Source of the DNA: Leucoraja ocellata
Taxonomy: Eukaryota
Length of the DNA stretch: 64,000 nucleotides
NCBI GenBank assembly: GCA_036785375.1
Contig: JAWMAR010000146.1
Coordinates: forward strand, 1 to 64,000
Direction: 5' to 3'
This document shows positions 36,693 to 47,590 of the stretch, piece after piece. The translations under genes and the position numbers were made by a program. Under the pieces are notes generated by a model. That model made no database searches, was not told where the DNA came from, and worked only from the letters and a program-made list of their open reading frames with translations. Every line of letters starts with the position of its first letter. Within the stretch, counting starts at the first letter, position 1.

Positions 36693-36861
36693 TAAAGGAG
36701 ATGCAGGAGATTGTAAATGCAAGGAGAAGTTGTGAAGATTTGGTGGATGTGGAAAGAATGTCTGAGGGATAGAAAGGGATAGAGTGATGAATCTCTGGAA
36801 TTCTCTCCCGCAGAAGGTAGTTGAGGCCAGTTCATTGGCTATATTTGTTATATGGCTATAT

Positions 36862-37204
36862 CCGGTAGGCGGCGCGGCTCTGGCCAGCAGCGGCCTCTGC
36901 AGCCTGTCCGCGTTTTTATTATTTTTTGTCTGTGTTTTTATGTAGTTTTTGTTATTTTATGTTGGGGTGTGTGTGTGGGGGGGCGGGGGTGGGGTGGGAG
37001 GGGGGGGGAACTTTTTGAATCTCTCCCTGCACTGGAGACCCGACCTTTTCTCGTCGGGTCTCAGGTGTCGTTGAGGCCGCAACGAGGAGCGGCCTCCAAC
37101 AGGAAGAAGCCGGGGACTCAGGTGTCGACTCACCGTTGCCGTCGCGGAGCTGACCGGGTCCGGAGCGGGTGGAGCGGTGGAGGAGCGCTGCTGCTGCTGC
37201 TGTC

Positions 37205-37237
<33 letters not shown>

Positions 37238-37829
37238 GCTGCCGGAGAGTCGGAGGCTCCAACGACGGGTCTGTGGACGACGGCACCGGGAGCCCACGGC
37301 TCCCTGGAGGGAGACCGCTTCTCAGGGCTCCTGCAACGGCGACTTCTCCCGCCCGAGTTGCGGGGTTGAAGAGCTCCTGGAGCGGGGCCTGACACCACTG
37401 CCCCGCGCGGCTGGAATGGCCGCGGACTCTGCGAGCGCACACCGGGGGCTCTAACACCAAGACCCGGTGTGCGACCTCGCACCACCCGGCGTGGCTTTAA
37501 TGGCCGCGGGACAATCGCCATCGCCAGCCGGGGGCTATGACTTTGACTCTGACATCGGGGGGGGGAGAGTGCAGTGGAGAGATAAGTTTATTTGGCGGTT
37601 ACACAGAAAAGCTGGAGAAACTCAGCGGGTGCAGCAGCATCTATGGAGCGAAGGAAATAGGCAACGTTTCGGGCCGAAGTTTATTTGGCCTTCCATCACA
37701 GCTATGTGATGGATGTTTATGTTAATTGTAATTATTGTTGTGTCTGGGGTCTATTTGTATGTAATGTATGGCTGCAGAAACGGGGTCCAGGGGTCCAAAT
37801 GACAATTAAATTGACTCTGACTGACTCTG
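36862..37829 (+). mobile_element. GC-rich non-coding retroelement with Rex1-type 3' tail; contains (CTG)n at 37187-37242
   Basis: Cleanly interrupts CR1; ends gacaattaaattgactctgactgactctg; CpG-rich; no recognisable protein. Confidence 0.7.
37597..37676 (-). mobile_element. 80-bp Penelope insertion with 13-bp TSD
   Basis: aagtttatttggc at 37584-37596 and 37677-37689. Confidence 0.85.
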
Positions 37830-38982
37830 ATTTAAGAGGGAGTTAGATGTGGCCCTTGTGGCTAAAGGGATCAGGGGGTATGGAGAAAAGGCAGGTACGG
37901 GATACTGAGTTGGATGATCAGCCATGATCATATTGAATGGTGGTGCAGGCTCGAAGGGCCGAATGGCCTACTCCTGCACCTATTTTCTATGTTTCTATGT
38001 AACCTGGGAGAGTTCATGAATTTAGTGGTGATGTCTTTCCTGGACAAGAAGGGAATTGGAGATGTTATGAGGGTGGGAGCGATTGGTCAAGATCAAAATA
38101 TTGGTCAAGAAGGAAGCACCCCCATTCCTCCCACACTGGTGGTGCTGCCTCCTTTAATCTGCCATTTTTACAAAGCCTCGACCACCACACCTTCAATGAC
38201 TAAAAGCATGACTCTGCTGAAATTAGGGCTGCAGCCATCCGAGCAGCTACATTGACTTTACAGTGCCACACAAGCCCCCTGAATTTACTCTGTCAATGAT
38301 AACTGGTTTGTGAGAGATATCAATTAACCTTGCTTCCCACCCACCCACCCAGCAGGATCAAACTCCCCCATATTGATTCACTTCATATTGAGCCATTTGA
38401 GTCAAATCTGCCCATTAAATACAGGCCTTACATGTACTTTCAGATTGATTTGCAGTAAATATCCAAACATTCACTTTCATTGAGGCCAGATTCATTAAAT
38501 TAATTTAGCTACTGCAAGTAACAATTTCATTGTTCTGTTTCGGGCCATATGACATTAAAACACTCTTGAAATGTTGATCTATTAGCATCCATGTGCTTCT
38601 GGAGCTTGTGACAAGGTAACTTATATTAACCAGTGGCTTTGTGATACATGAACCATCAAATTCCATCTTTGTACTCCAGGTGCCAATTCCTTGTTATTGT
38701 ATAGGTTCAACCAATTATTACTTTTGGCCAGTTTCAAAATGAAAAGCTTTGTCAGCAATTTATTCATCATATCTCTCAAATGCACTCCATTTGTGGAATA
38801 GATTTGAACAAGTGAAAAGGCAAATTAGGACTGATCGCCAAAAGTGAGCCCAGAATTCATGCAGAACCAATTATACACTGCAATACACGAATTAAATTGT
38901 TTGGGTCTGTCATATCTTGTGTTATCCTACTTTTGCATTTCTTTCATTTGGCGTTAATAGCTATAGTTCCTCCATGGTAGGA

Positions 38983-39475
38983 CACAATAGGTGCAGAAGT
39001 AGGCCATTCAGCACTTCGAGCCAGCACCGCCATTCAATGTGATCATGGCTGATCATCCCAAATCAGTACCCCGTTCCAGCCTTCTCCCCATATCCCCTGA
39101 TTCTGTTATCTTCAAGAGCCCTATCTAGCTCTCTCTCTTGAAAGTATCCAAAGAACCGGCCTCCACTGAGGCAGAGAATTCCCCAGACTCACAACTCTCT
39201 GTGAGAAAAATTGTTTCCTCGTCTCCATTCTAAATGGCATACCCCTTATTCTTAAACCGTTGCCCCTGGTTCTGGACTCCCCCAACATCGGGAACATGTT
39301 TCTTGCCTCTAGTGTGTCCAAACCCTTAATAATCTTATCTATCAATATGATTCCCTCTCATCCTTCTAAACTCCAGAGTATACAAGCCCAGCCGCTCCAT
39401 TCTCTCAGCATATGACAGTCCCGCCATCCCGGGAATTAACGTTGTAAACCTACGCTGCACTCGCTCAATAGCAAT
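38983..39475 (-). mobile_element. CR1 3' fragment
   Basis: KIIKGLDTLEARNMFPMLGESRTRG on minus. Confidence 0.92.
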
Positions 39476-40539
39476 GATCAAAGACGCAATCCAAGATTTA
39501 TAAGGATGTGCTCACAGAATCATAGTTTTCTCACTTAAGGTCTCGGAAAAGCAGTGTGTTGTCTGTGGCCATCTATCTTGGAAGTCTCTTATTTTATCAA
39601 CCCATTTTAAAACAGAGGTTAATGATTCCATGTAAAATGCTGGGATTTGATACAAGTTGGCAACCATATAGAAGATAAATAAATCGTAGTAATGTACTGG
39701 TTATAATAAAGTCCATATATCAATGGCAGGCTACAGAACAGTAACTATAATGAGTTGAGCAGATATATGAGTTTTCTAATGCCAAGCATTGACTGAGTAT
39801 GAGAAGATCAACCTATTAGACCACAAACTATGGCTGATTAAACTTATCGAGTTTCAATCTTGGCCTGCTTCAGTCACAATGCTTCTTTGCAACAATAAAT
39901 GTAAAATAATTCTGAGAATGTGCCCATAAAAACGACTGCACAGATCAGTGAATGCATCACTGAAGCAGGTCCTGATCGAAGTTTTATGTGTTTAATTTGT
40001 TTTGGCTGGCAGCTCCGAATATACTGGGAAACAATCATTTCAACCTGTAATTCATCGCAGGACTGTGTGAGAAGCAGTGTCATTAGTATATCTCCTGAAA
40101 AGAAACACAAGAAATGTGTATTCACGGATGGAAATGCATTTTCTTTTTCTATTTATAATCACAAAAAAATGGATATACATCCACACAACTATAGTCTTGA
40201 ATTGGATTTGTTTTCATATTCTGTATGCACTGCCTAGATAACATGCTCCAATAAAAGCACCAACAATATGAATAGCATCTGAAAAGAGGTCAGAGTTCAG
40301 AAATAAGGAAAGTTTTATTGCGATTGTACAGGGTGTACACCTGGTATACTAAGGATAGTGTGGGTCCCCTTACCTAAGGCAGTCCAAAAGAATTTCTACA
40401 AGCTAATTCCTGGGAAAAGGAGGCTATCCTATCAAGAAAGGCTGAAAGGGTTGGTTCTGTATTCATGAAAGTTTAGAACTTTGAAGGATGATCTTATTGA
40501 TAAAGGCAAGACCCTAGGATCCTTACGGTAATATCCTTA

Positions 40540-41338
40540 TGGGCCTGTCCCACTTAGGCAATTTTTAGGCGACTGTCGGCGACTACAATAGTCGCCGACA
40601 TTATACCCTAGATGCAGGAAGATTGTTCCCGATGTTAGGGAAGTCCAGGACAAGGGGTCACAGCTTAAGGATAAGGGGGAAATCCTTTAAAACCGAGATG
40701 AGAAGAACTTTTGTCACACAGAGAGTGGTGAATCTCTGGAACTCTCTGCCACAGAGGGTAGTTGAGGCCAGTTCATTGGCTATATTTAAGAGGGAGTTAG
40801 ATGTGGCCCTTGTGGCTAAGGGGATCAGGGGGTATGGAGAGAAGGCAGGTACGGGATACTGAGTTGGATGATCAGCCATGATCATATTGAATGGCGGTGC
40901 AGGCTCGAAGGGCCGAATGGCCTACTCCTGCACCTAATTTCTATGTTTCTATGTTTCTATGTATCAGGTCGCCGAAAATCGGCGACTGGACTAATGGGCC
41001 TGATTTTTTTAGGCGACTGCCGGCGAATACGACAATGGAATTCACCAAAGTCAACAATGGCGACAACCTACGTCACTTGGCGACAACCTACGTTAACCAG
41101 GTGACAACCTATGACAGCACCTATGTCAAGCTACGCTCTTTGGCGTTAAACCCACGGTCGCCGAAAATGTTTCAACATGTTGAATATCCAGTGGCGACTA
41201 GAAAGAAGCTACAACTCTTTCGGCGACTGCGGAGATGACTCACGACCATACAGGCGACAGACACCCTGGTGGTAACCATGTGGCGACAGGCTAGTCACCA
41301 GCAGTCGCCTAAAAAATCACCTAAGTGGGACAGGCCCA
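40540..41338. mobile_element. PIF/Harbinger MITE, inserted in an old CR1 and containing a young CR1 (about 40609-40962)
   Basis: TIRs tgggcctgtcccacttagg / cctaagtgggacaggccca; TTA/TAA flanks; ggcgac repeats. Confidence 0.9.
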
Positions 41339-41624
41339 TAAGGGTGTGGGTCATAGTCATTGAGTTATATGGAACCAGGCCTTTTGAACCAACGTGCACA
41401 CAGCGACAAACTGACCCAGCAGTGAGGGGGTGCCAATTGTGGCTGCAGGCAGAAGATTGTTCTATTTGGTGAACCTTTGTAAATTTTGTCGGCACCAGAA
41501 ACGTAGTGACACTTGTGTACTGCCTAGGTGAGGTCTGCTATATGATTTTAGCGGGTTGTTAAACTAAGCCTTTCACTGTACCTAATACACATGACAATAA
41601 AGTATAATTGAATTAATTGACAGG

Positions 41625-42300
41625 TTGGACTAGTAACAGGATTCTTTTTCTTTATTATGTGTGATTCTTGCTGTCGAGATCATACATCGGCTTTCAGCTG
41701 ACGCCACCATTATATTGCCTTTCCTAATTGTCCTTGAGAAGTGAGTGGTGAGGTACTCACACATTCCTTTGGGCAAAGATGTCGCCTTCCAGACGCTCGG
41801 TTCCAGATTGGATGCCAAACTATCCCTAGATAAATAAAAATCTTCATCAGATAGATACTTTCTAGATTTCTTCCTCCTATACCTATATCCTCTGGTCTTG
41901 GACACCTTCACCATGGGGAAAAGCTTCTTACCATCTGTTCTTCCTGTGCCTGTCATAATTTTACATATCACAATCAAGTCTCACTTCAGTCTAGTCCATT
42001 CTAAGGAAAACAAACAGAACCAATCCAGTCTGTCCAATGTGTGAAACTTTAGATCGCAGTCCAGGTGTTCAGTTCAGTTTAGTTCAGTTTAGTTTATTGT
42101 CTTGTGTACCGAGGTACAGTGAAAGCTTTTGTTGCATGCTAACCAGTTAGCAGAATGGCAATACATGATCCTAGTGGATCTTCTCTGCACCCTCTACTGT
42201 GCAATCATCTCCTCCCTAAAGTGTAGTGACCAGATCTGAACAAAACATTCCAGATGTGAACTAAATATGTTTTATGAAGTTAGACCATCCCTGTTCTTCG
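41625..42300 (-). mobile_element. Old CR1 3' fragment with a short Rex1-tail insert (about 42068-42167)
   Basis: KIMTG..R.D.KKLFPMV.VSKTRG on minus. Confidence 0.65.
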
Positions 42301-43357
42301 GCTCTCTGCCCTGGCTTATGAAACAACCACCAACTTTCTGGACCAACTTTCTCACAGCAATAGAAACACAAATGGTGACTACAGATATGTTAATCTTGAG
42401 CAAACTGCCAAGGTGCTCAGTGGGTCAGACAGTATCTGTGGAGGGAAGTGCACAGAGGACGTTTCTTCAGAAGGGTCCTGACATGAACCAATGAGTTCCA
42501 CTCGCATTTTGTTGTTTTTCTCACAATTTTTCTTTCGAAATTAAGTGTGATGGAAGTGCTTAGCCTCTCCAAATAAAAATAAAGCAATTTGATTCTACAG
42601 ATGAGTCCCTGGAACAATTAGAAGCAAAACTACTCTGCCTGAAGATTGACAGATATGTCTTCCTTTGGTGCCAGCTTTGAGAGATCTGCTAATATAGTTG
42701 CAAATTCAAGCGGCGAAACGTGGTAATTGCTCTTCAACTGTCCTTTAGTTGTCACTCAGGTGAACAAAAGGGAGCCACACTCTCTACCCCAAATCCTGAC
42801 TGCTCATCACCTGTCTGACATGCAAGTCATGAAAGAAGTGCATTTAATTAAGAATGATAAAGGCCACGCTTCACAACTCTAATTAAAATGTGTGCACAGA
42901 CACAAGCAAACCATTAAGCCAATCGTCACAGTCCGGAAGGTAATTTATTTGACCAGGAGCAAATGAACACATTTTTAACGTGTCAATTCTTGTTTACTGT
43001 CTACACTCTTGTACTTGAGTATGATTGTGCCGAGTCTCGTAAGATTTATACTGAACTGTGTGCAAATGAGGGATTTCACTGTTCCTGGGTACGTGACAGT
43101 AAAGAACTATTGAACCATAAGGGAGAGGTGGAAAAATAACAAAATCAAGTAATCATTATCTTATGCAGGTTGGATTGAGTGGTGTGAACTTGGGTCAGAG
43201 CAGCTGAATCTAGCCAACAGATAGAGGTCTTTAAAATGTTTAATGTGTTTTAATGATTACTTTAAACATGCTTAGCAGAATCTGTGTTTCTGAGATGCTG
43301 CAACGTTAAAGGTAACTTAAAAATTGGTTTAGTCCCTTTATTTTAATGGGGTAATTC

Positions 43358-43555
43358 ATAATAATAATAATAATAATAATAATAATATATTTTATTGTCA
43401 TTGCACATAAGTGCAATGAGATTTGGGTATGCAGCTTCCATCCGATGTCTTAACTTAAATAACTAATACAATTTAGATTTAGATACCCCGAGAACATGGC
43501 GACGTGACCATCCGAGGGAGACAGTCCATGGGGGTGGGGAGCACTCAGCAGGGCA
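43358..43555 (-). mobile_element. LINE (Rex1-like) 3' tail with (AAT)n microsatellite
   Basis: (ata)n followed by ttttattgtcattgcacat. Confidence 0.55.
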
Positions 43556-43715
43556 GTCAATGTCAGTAATATTTAAATCAAACTTAAAAAGATGGAGTAT
43601 TATTTGGAAAATGGAGTATTATTGCTTTGGAAGATGTTGGTTGGGAAAGGATTGTTGTTGAAATCCCAGGCTATTTGTAGCACATGTACAATAAAGTAGT
43701 ACTTGAAGATCGAGC

Positions 43716-44030
43716 ATGGGTGGCATAGTGGTGCAGCAGTAGAGTCGCTGCTTCACAGCGCTAGAGACCCAGGTTCGATCCTGACTATGGGTGCTGTCCA
43801 TACAGAGTTTGTACATTCTCCCCGTGATCTGCATGGGATTTATTTCTCCGGGTGCTCTGGTTTTCTCCCACATTCCAAAAATGTACAGGTTTGTAGGCTA
43901 ATTGGCTTGGTATAATTGTAAATTGTCCCTAGTGTGTGTAGGATAGTATTAGTGTGCGGGATTTGCTGGTTGGCATGGACACGGTAGGCCTATTTCCACA
44001 CTGTATCTCTAAAACTAAAACTAAATTAAA
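43716..44030 (+). mobile_element. HE1-like SINE, full length
   Basis: A box tggtgcagcag, B box ggttcgatcc, (ctaaaa)n tail. Confidence 0.9.
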
Positions 44031-44349
44031 AGAAACATAATATGCTTATTGCTACGTTTCCAGCTTCTGCAGTGTCCTGTGTCACTCACAGTACTTGTAG
44101 CGCAATGAGTTCATCTCTGAATTTAATCCTCCAAAGTCAACAGTATTCAATTAAGAGATGGCTTTCTATCCGAGCAGTTTATTCAACTTTTTTGTGAGTG
44201 CTTTATCAGGAATTCACAACCGCTGACTATGCTAACACTAACTGTTTTTTGTTTTTACTCTGGGCACTTCCAACACTTCCTGACTACTGTAGCAATTGAG
44301 TATCTGAAACAGGAATAGAATGGAATATTATAATCCTTAATGTTAACTA

Positions 44350-44670
44350 AAACACAGAACAGTACAACACAGAAACAGGCCCTTCAACCCACAATGGTCT
44401 TGCCGAACATGATGCCAAAATAAACAAATCTCCACTGATTGCATGTGATCCATATCCCTCCATTCCCTGCATATGCATGTGCCTATCTAAAACCTCTTAA
44501 ATGCCACTATTGTAATCTGCCTCCACCACCACCCCTGGCAGAGCATTTCAAGCACACATTTGTTGAAAAACATTTGTCCCCACACATCTCCTTTAAATTT
44601 TGCTCCCCTCACCTTAAAATTATACTCTCTCGTCATTGACATTTCCACCATGGGAAAAAGCTTTCTGTTG
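44350..44670 (-). mobile_element. CR1 3' fragment
   Basis: FKVRGAKFKGDV.G..F on minus. Confidence 0.75.
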
Positions 44671-44865
44671 GTTAATTTACATGTATAACATTTCTCAATA
44701 GATAAATTTAAGCCATTATTAATCATTAAATTGTACTCTGAGAGTATATTTTATTATCATTTAAAAATTAAATTCAACCTGTTTAAAAATATATATTTCC
44801 ATTATGTCAGTGTTAATTGGCTGTTTAGTATATGATGGCCAGGTGGACAAATAGTGTATTTTATA

Positions 44866-45082
44866 GGTAGGAAGGAACTGCAGCTGCTGGTTTAAACTGA
44901 AGGCAGACACAAAAAGCTGGAGTAACTCAGCGGGACAGGCCGCATCACTGGAAAGAAGGAATGGCTGACGTTTCTGGTCGAGACTGGGTCTGAAGAAGTC
45001 TGAAGAAGGACTCGACCTGAAACATCACCCATTCCTTCTCTCCAGAGTTGCTGCCTGTCGCACTGAGTTACTCCAGCTTTTA
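44866..45082. mobile_element. Penelope-derived inverted (hairpin) remnant
   Basis: aaaagctggagtaactcag...gacgtttc versus gaaacatc...ctgagttactccagctttt. Confidence 0.8.
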
Positions 45083-45444
45083 ATGTATTTTATGTTCAAA
45101 ATTAGTTCCTGAATGATTTATTGAATCCACTAACTAAATTGAAGATTGTGCAAATATTTTGATTTGTAGATGTAGCGAGCACAAAAATAATGGAGTTACA
45201 GATCAGGAAAAAGGTGATGAAATTGGCACATGTGGCATTGGTTAGTAGGCTGTGGGCCGAGCATCAAAAATGTGTCTAGAAATCAGTTTTTGTGACCCAA
45301 GTCACCAAACTACATGAAATTTTCCACAGATTTAGATGAAATATAATTGAGAAGGATGTCATAACTCGTCATTGTTGAAAGTTGCACATTACATGATGGG
45401 CAGCCTATTTCCGTGTTGCAGTCCATTTAAACTATATCATTATA

Positions 45445-46769
45445 CATGTGCACAACCTTTTATCCGAAATTCCAAATAACGAAAAGCTCCGAATAGCGGA
45501 TATTTTTTCGGTCCTTGAAGAAAGGTCCTTGAAGACGTTCACTCAGGGCGGCCCGCTGAGGTGACAGCGGAACCTCCGGTCGGTCCTCGAAGAAAGGGGA
45601 ACTAAATCCCCATTCATAAAAGAGAAGGTGAGGGTATATTGCGCGGGAGGGTTAATAATTGACAATCTGCTGCTGCCTGCCCGCTGAGTTAAAATGTTCC
45701 CACGGTAGACTCACGATACACAGTGTATCATGAGTCTTGCGTGGGAACTTTTTAACTCAGCTTGCAGGCAGCAGCAGATTGTCACTCCCTTCAGTTTCAC
45801 CCCACCTACACCCCTCTGCTTCCCGGCCATGTGTGTGCCCCCTTCCCTCCCCTGTCCATTGCACCGGCGCAGGGGCTTTGCACTGTCTTCACGTCGGTGA
45901 TGCCAGCAGGTCTGTGCCAGTCACTGGAAACGTCAGGACCAACGGGACACCGACCCCCCAGGCCCACTGCAAGCACAGAGATCCCAGAGACCCACAGCCA
46001 GCAGCAGCCCAGCCCTGTTCCAACTCCAGAGGAAAACTGCAAACTGGCCGGAGACGTCAGGACCACCAGAAGCCGCTCCCCGATGAGCCGCTAGGGTGAC
46101 GTGGCAGTTCGCCCACAGCCCGAGCTGCACCCCCTCATCGGGAAACCGACCCCCAGGCCCACTGCAGGCACGGAGATCCCAGATCAGCAACTCCAGCCCA
46201 GCCCCGCTCCAACTCCAGAGGAACATGCTCCCCGTAGGGGCAGAAGCTGATGGTGTGCAAGGTACGTGGCAATGGGGTGGCACAGCTCGGGCTGTGGGCG
46301 AACTGCCACTTGTTGCCGTAGCGGCCCATCGGGGAGCGGATTCCTCTGGAGTTGGAGGGTGAGGGGGGTATTGTGCTTTTTAATCGCCCCCTGCTATCCC
46401 AGGGACAGGGAGACACAGCGGCTTTTGAGAATGGTGGGCATCACTTCCAAAGTTCTGCCCACACAGTCAGTACACCTCTCCTACACTTGTCTCCCGCACT
46501 AAGATCATCTCGCAGAGAATGATCCCAGCCTAACCCTCCCTATTCTCTCCTATTCTGCAAGAAAAAACGATATTGAAGACTCAAACTCGCGATTGAGTAA
46601 CTGCCGGCATCGAGGCGCAAACTCGCGACCTTGCGGATATGAGCCGAGCACTCTACCACTAAGCCAGGTTAAAATCTACGCTAAAAATCTTCCATTCCGA
46701 AAGCCGAAAAATTCCAAATTACGAAAAGTGTCTGGTCCCAAGGCTTTCAGATAAAAGGTTGTGCACCTG
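45445..46769. mobile_element. Non-autonomous Tc1/mariner-superfamily DNA transposon, copy 2
   Basis: Same TIRs, TA TSD and terminal blocks as 8843-10513; 1325 bp versus 1671 bp. Confidence 0.9.
46602..46668 (-). ncRNA. tRNA-Met(CAU)-like cassette, copy 2
   Basis: tggcttagtggtagagtgctcggctCATatccgcaaggtcgcgagtttgcgcctcgatgccggca. Confidence 0.55.
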
Positions 46770-46980
46770 TACACCTATATATATTCCAGATAGTAATATA
46801 GGTATAATAATATAATATATATATAATAATAATAATAATATAATATATAATATATTATTATACCTATATATATTCCAGATAGTAATATAGGTATAATAAT
46901 ATAATAATATAATATATTATTATATATGTAGGTATAATATAATATATTATTATACCTACATATATTCCAGATAGATATAT
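46770..46980. repeat. AT-rich tandem repeat (about 90-bp unit anchored on atatattccagatag, 3 occurrences)
   Basis: Directly visible. Confidence 0.8.
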
Positions 46981-47294
46981 TCCTCCATTTTCCTGAAAGC
47001 GGCAGCTACAGATGGCTACGGACTATGTACACTACCCCCCACCCACCCCCCCCCCCCCCCGCCCGCGGAGAAGATCCGTGGCTCCGCGTTCACGAATCGG
47101 CCGCTTTTTAATTGAGAACGCGGCTTCACTATGTTAAATACATAGGCCCCGCGATCGGAGCACCTTTTCCCGGTAAGTTATCGCAGGCAGCTCCGAGATT
47201 AGATCATTAAGACTTATTACTCTACAAAAAGCTGGCATTAGTGAAAATGTTTAGTTTACCTTGTTATTGATACATATAGTTTAGGCCCTCAACT

Positions 47295-47590
47295 TCATGA
47301 ATGTATGAATAAGTGAGTGAGTGAATGCATGAATGAATGTATGATTGATTGAATGATTGAATGTATGAATGAATGATTGAATGATTNNNNNNNNNNNNNN
47401 NNNNNNNNNNNNNNNNNNNNNNNNNNNNNNNNNNNNNNNNNNNNNNNNNNNNNNNNNNNNNNNNNNNNNNNNNNNNNNNNNNNNNNNNNNNNNNNNNNNN
47501 NNNNNNNNNNNNNNNNNNNNNNNNNNNNNNNNNNNNNNNATGAAGGAAGGATTGAAGGATTGAATGAGTGAGTAAATGAGTGAATATACA
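47295..47590. repeat. (GAAT/GATT)n microsatellite spanning an assembly gap (N 47387-47539)
   Basis: Directly visible. Confidence 0.9.

Larger units (their letters stand above)
36778..37999 (+). mobile_element. CR1 3' end split by a GC-rich insertion
   Basis: gccagttcattggctatattt (to 36846) resumes as atttaagagggagttagatg (37830). Confidence 0.9.

Noticed and set aside
36852-37521. Overlapping 160-200 aa ORFs with poly-Q/A/L/C
   Set aside because: GC-rich repeat with a (CTG)n tract; open in many frames for lack of stops; sits inside a CR1.
39874-40125. Minus-strand splice acceptor with 83-aa ORF, and a hairpin near 39922-39990
   Set aside because: No good donor or recognisable protein; hairpin too bulged for a pre-miRNA.
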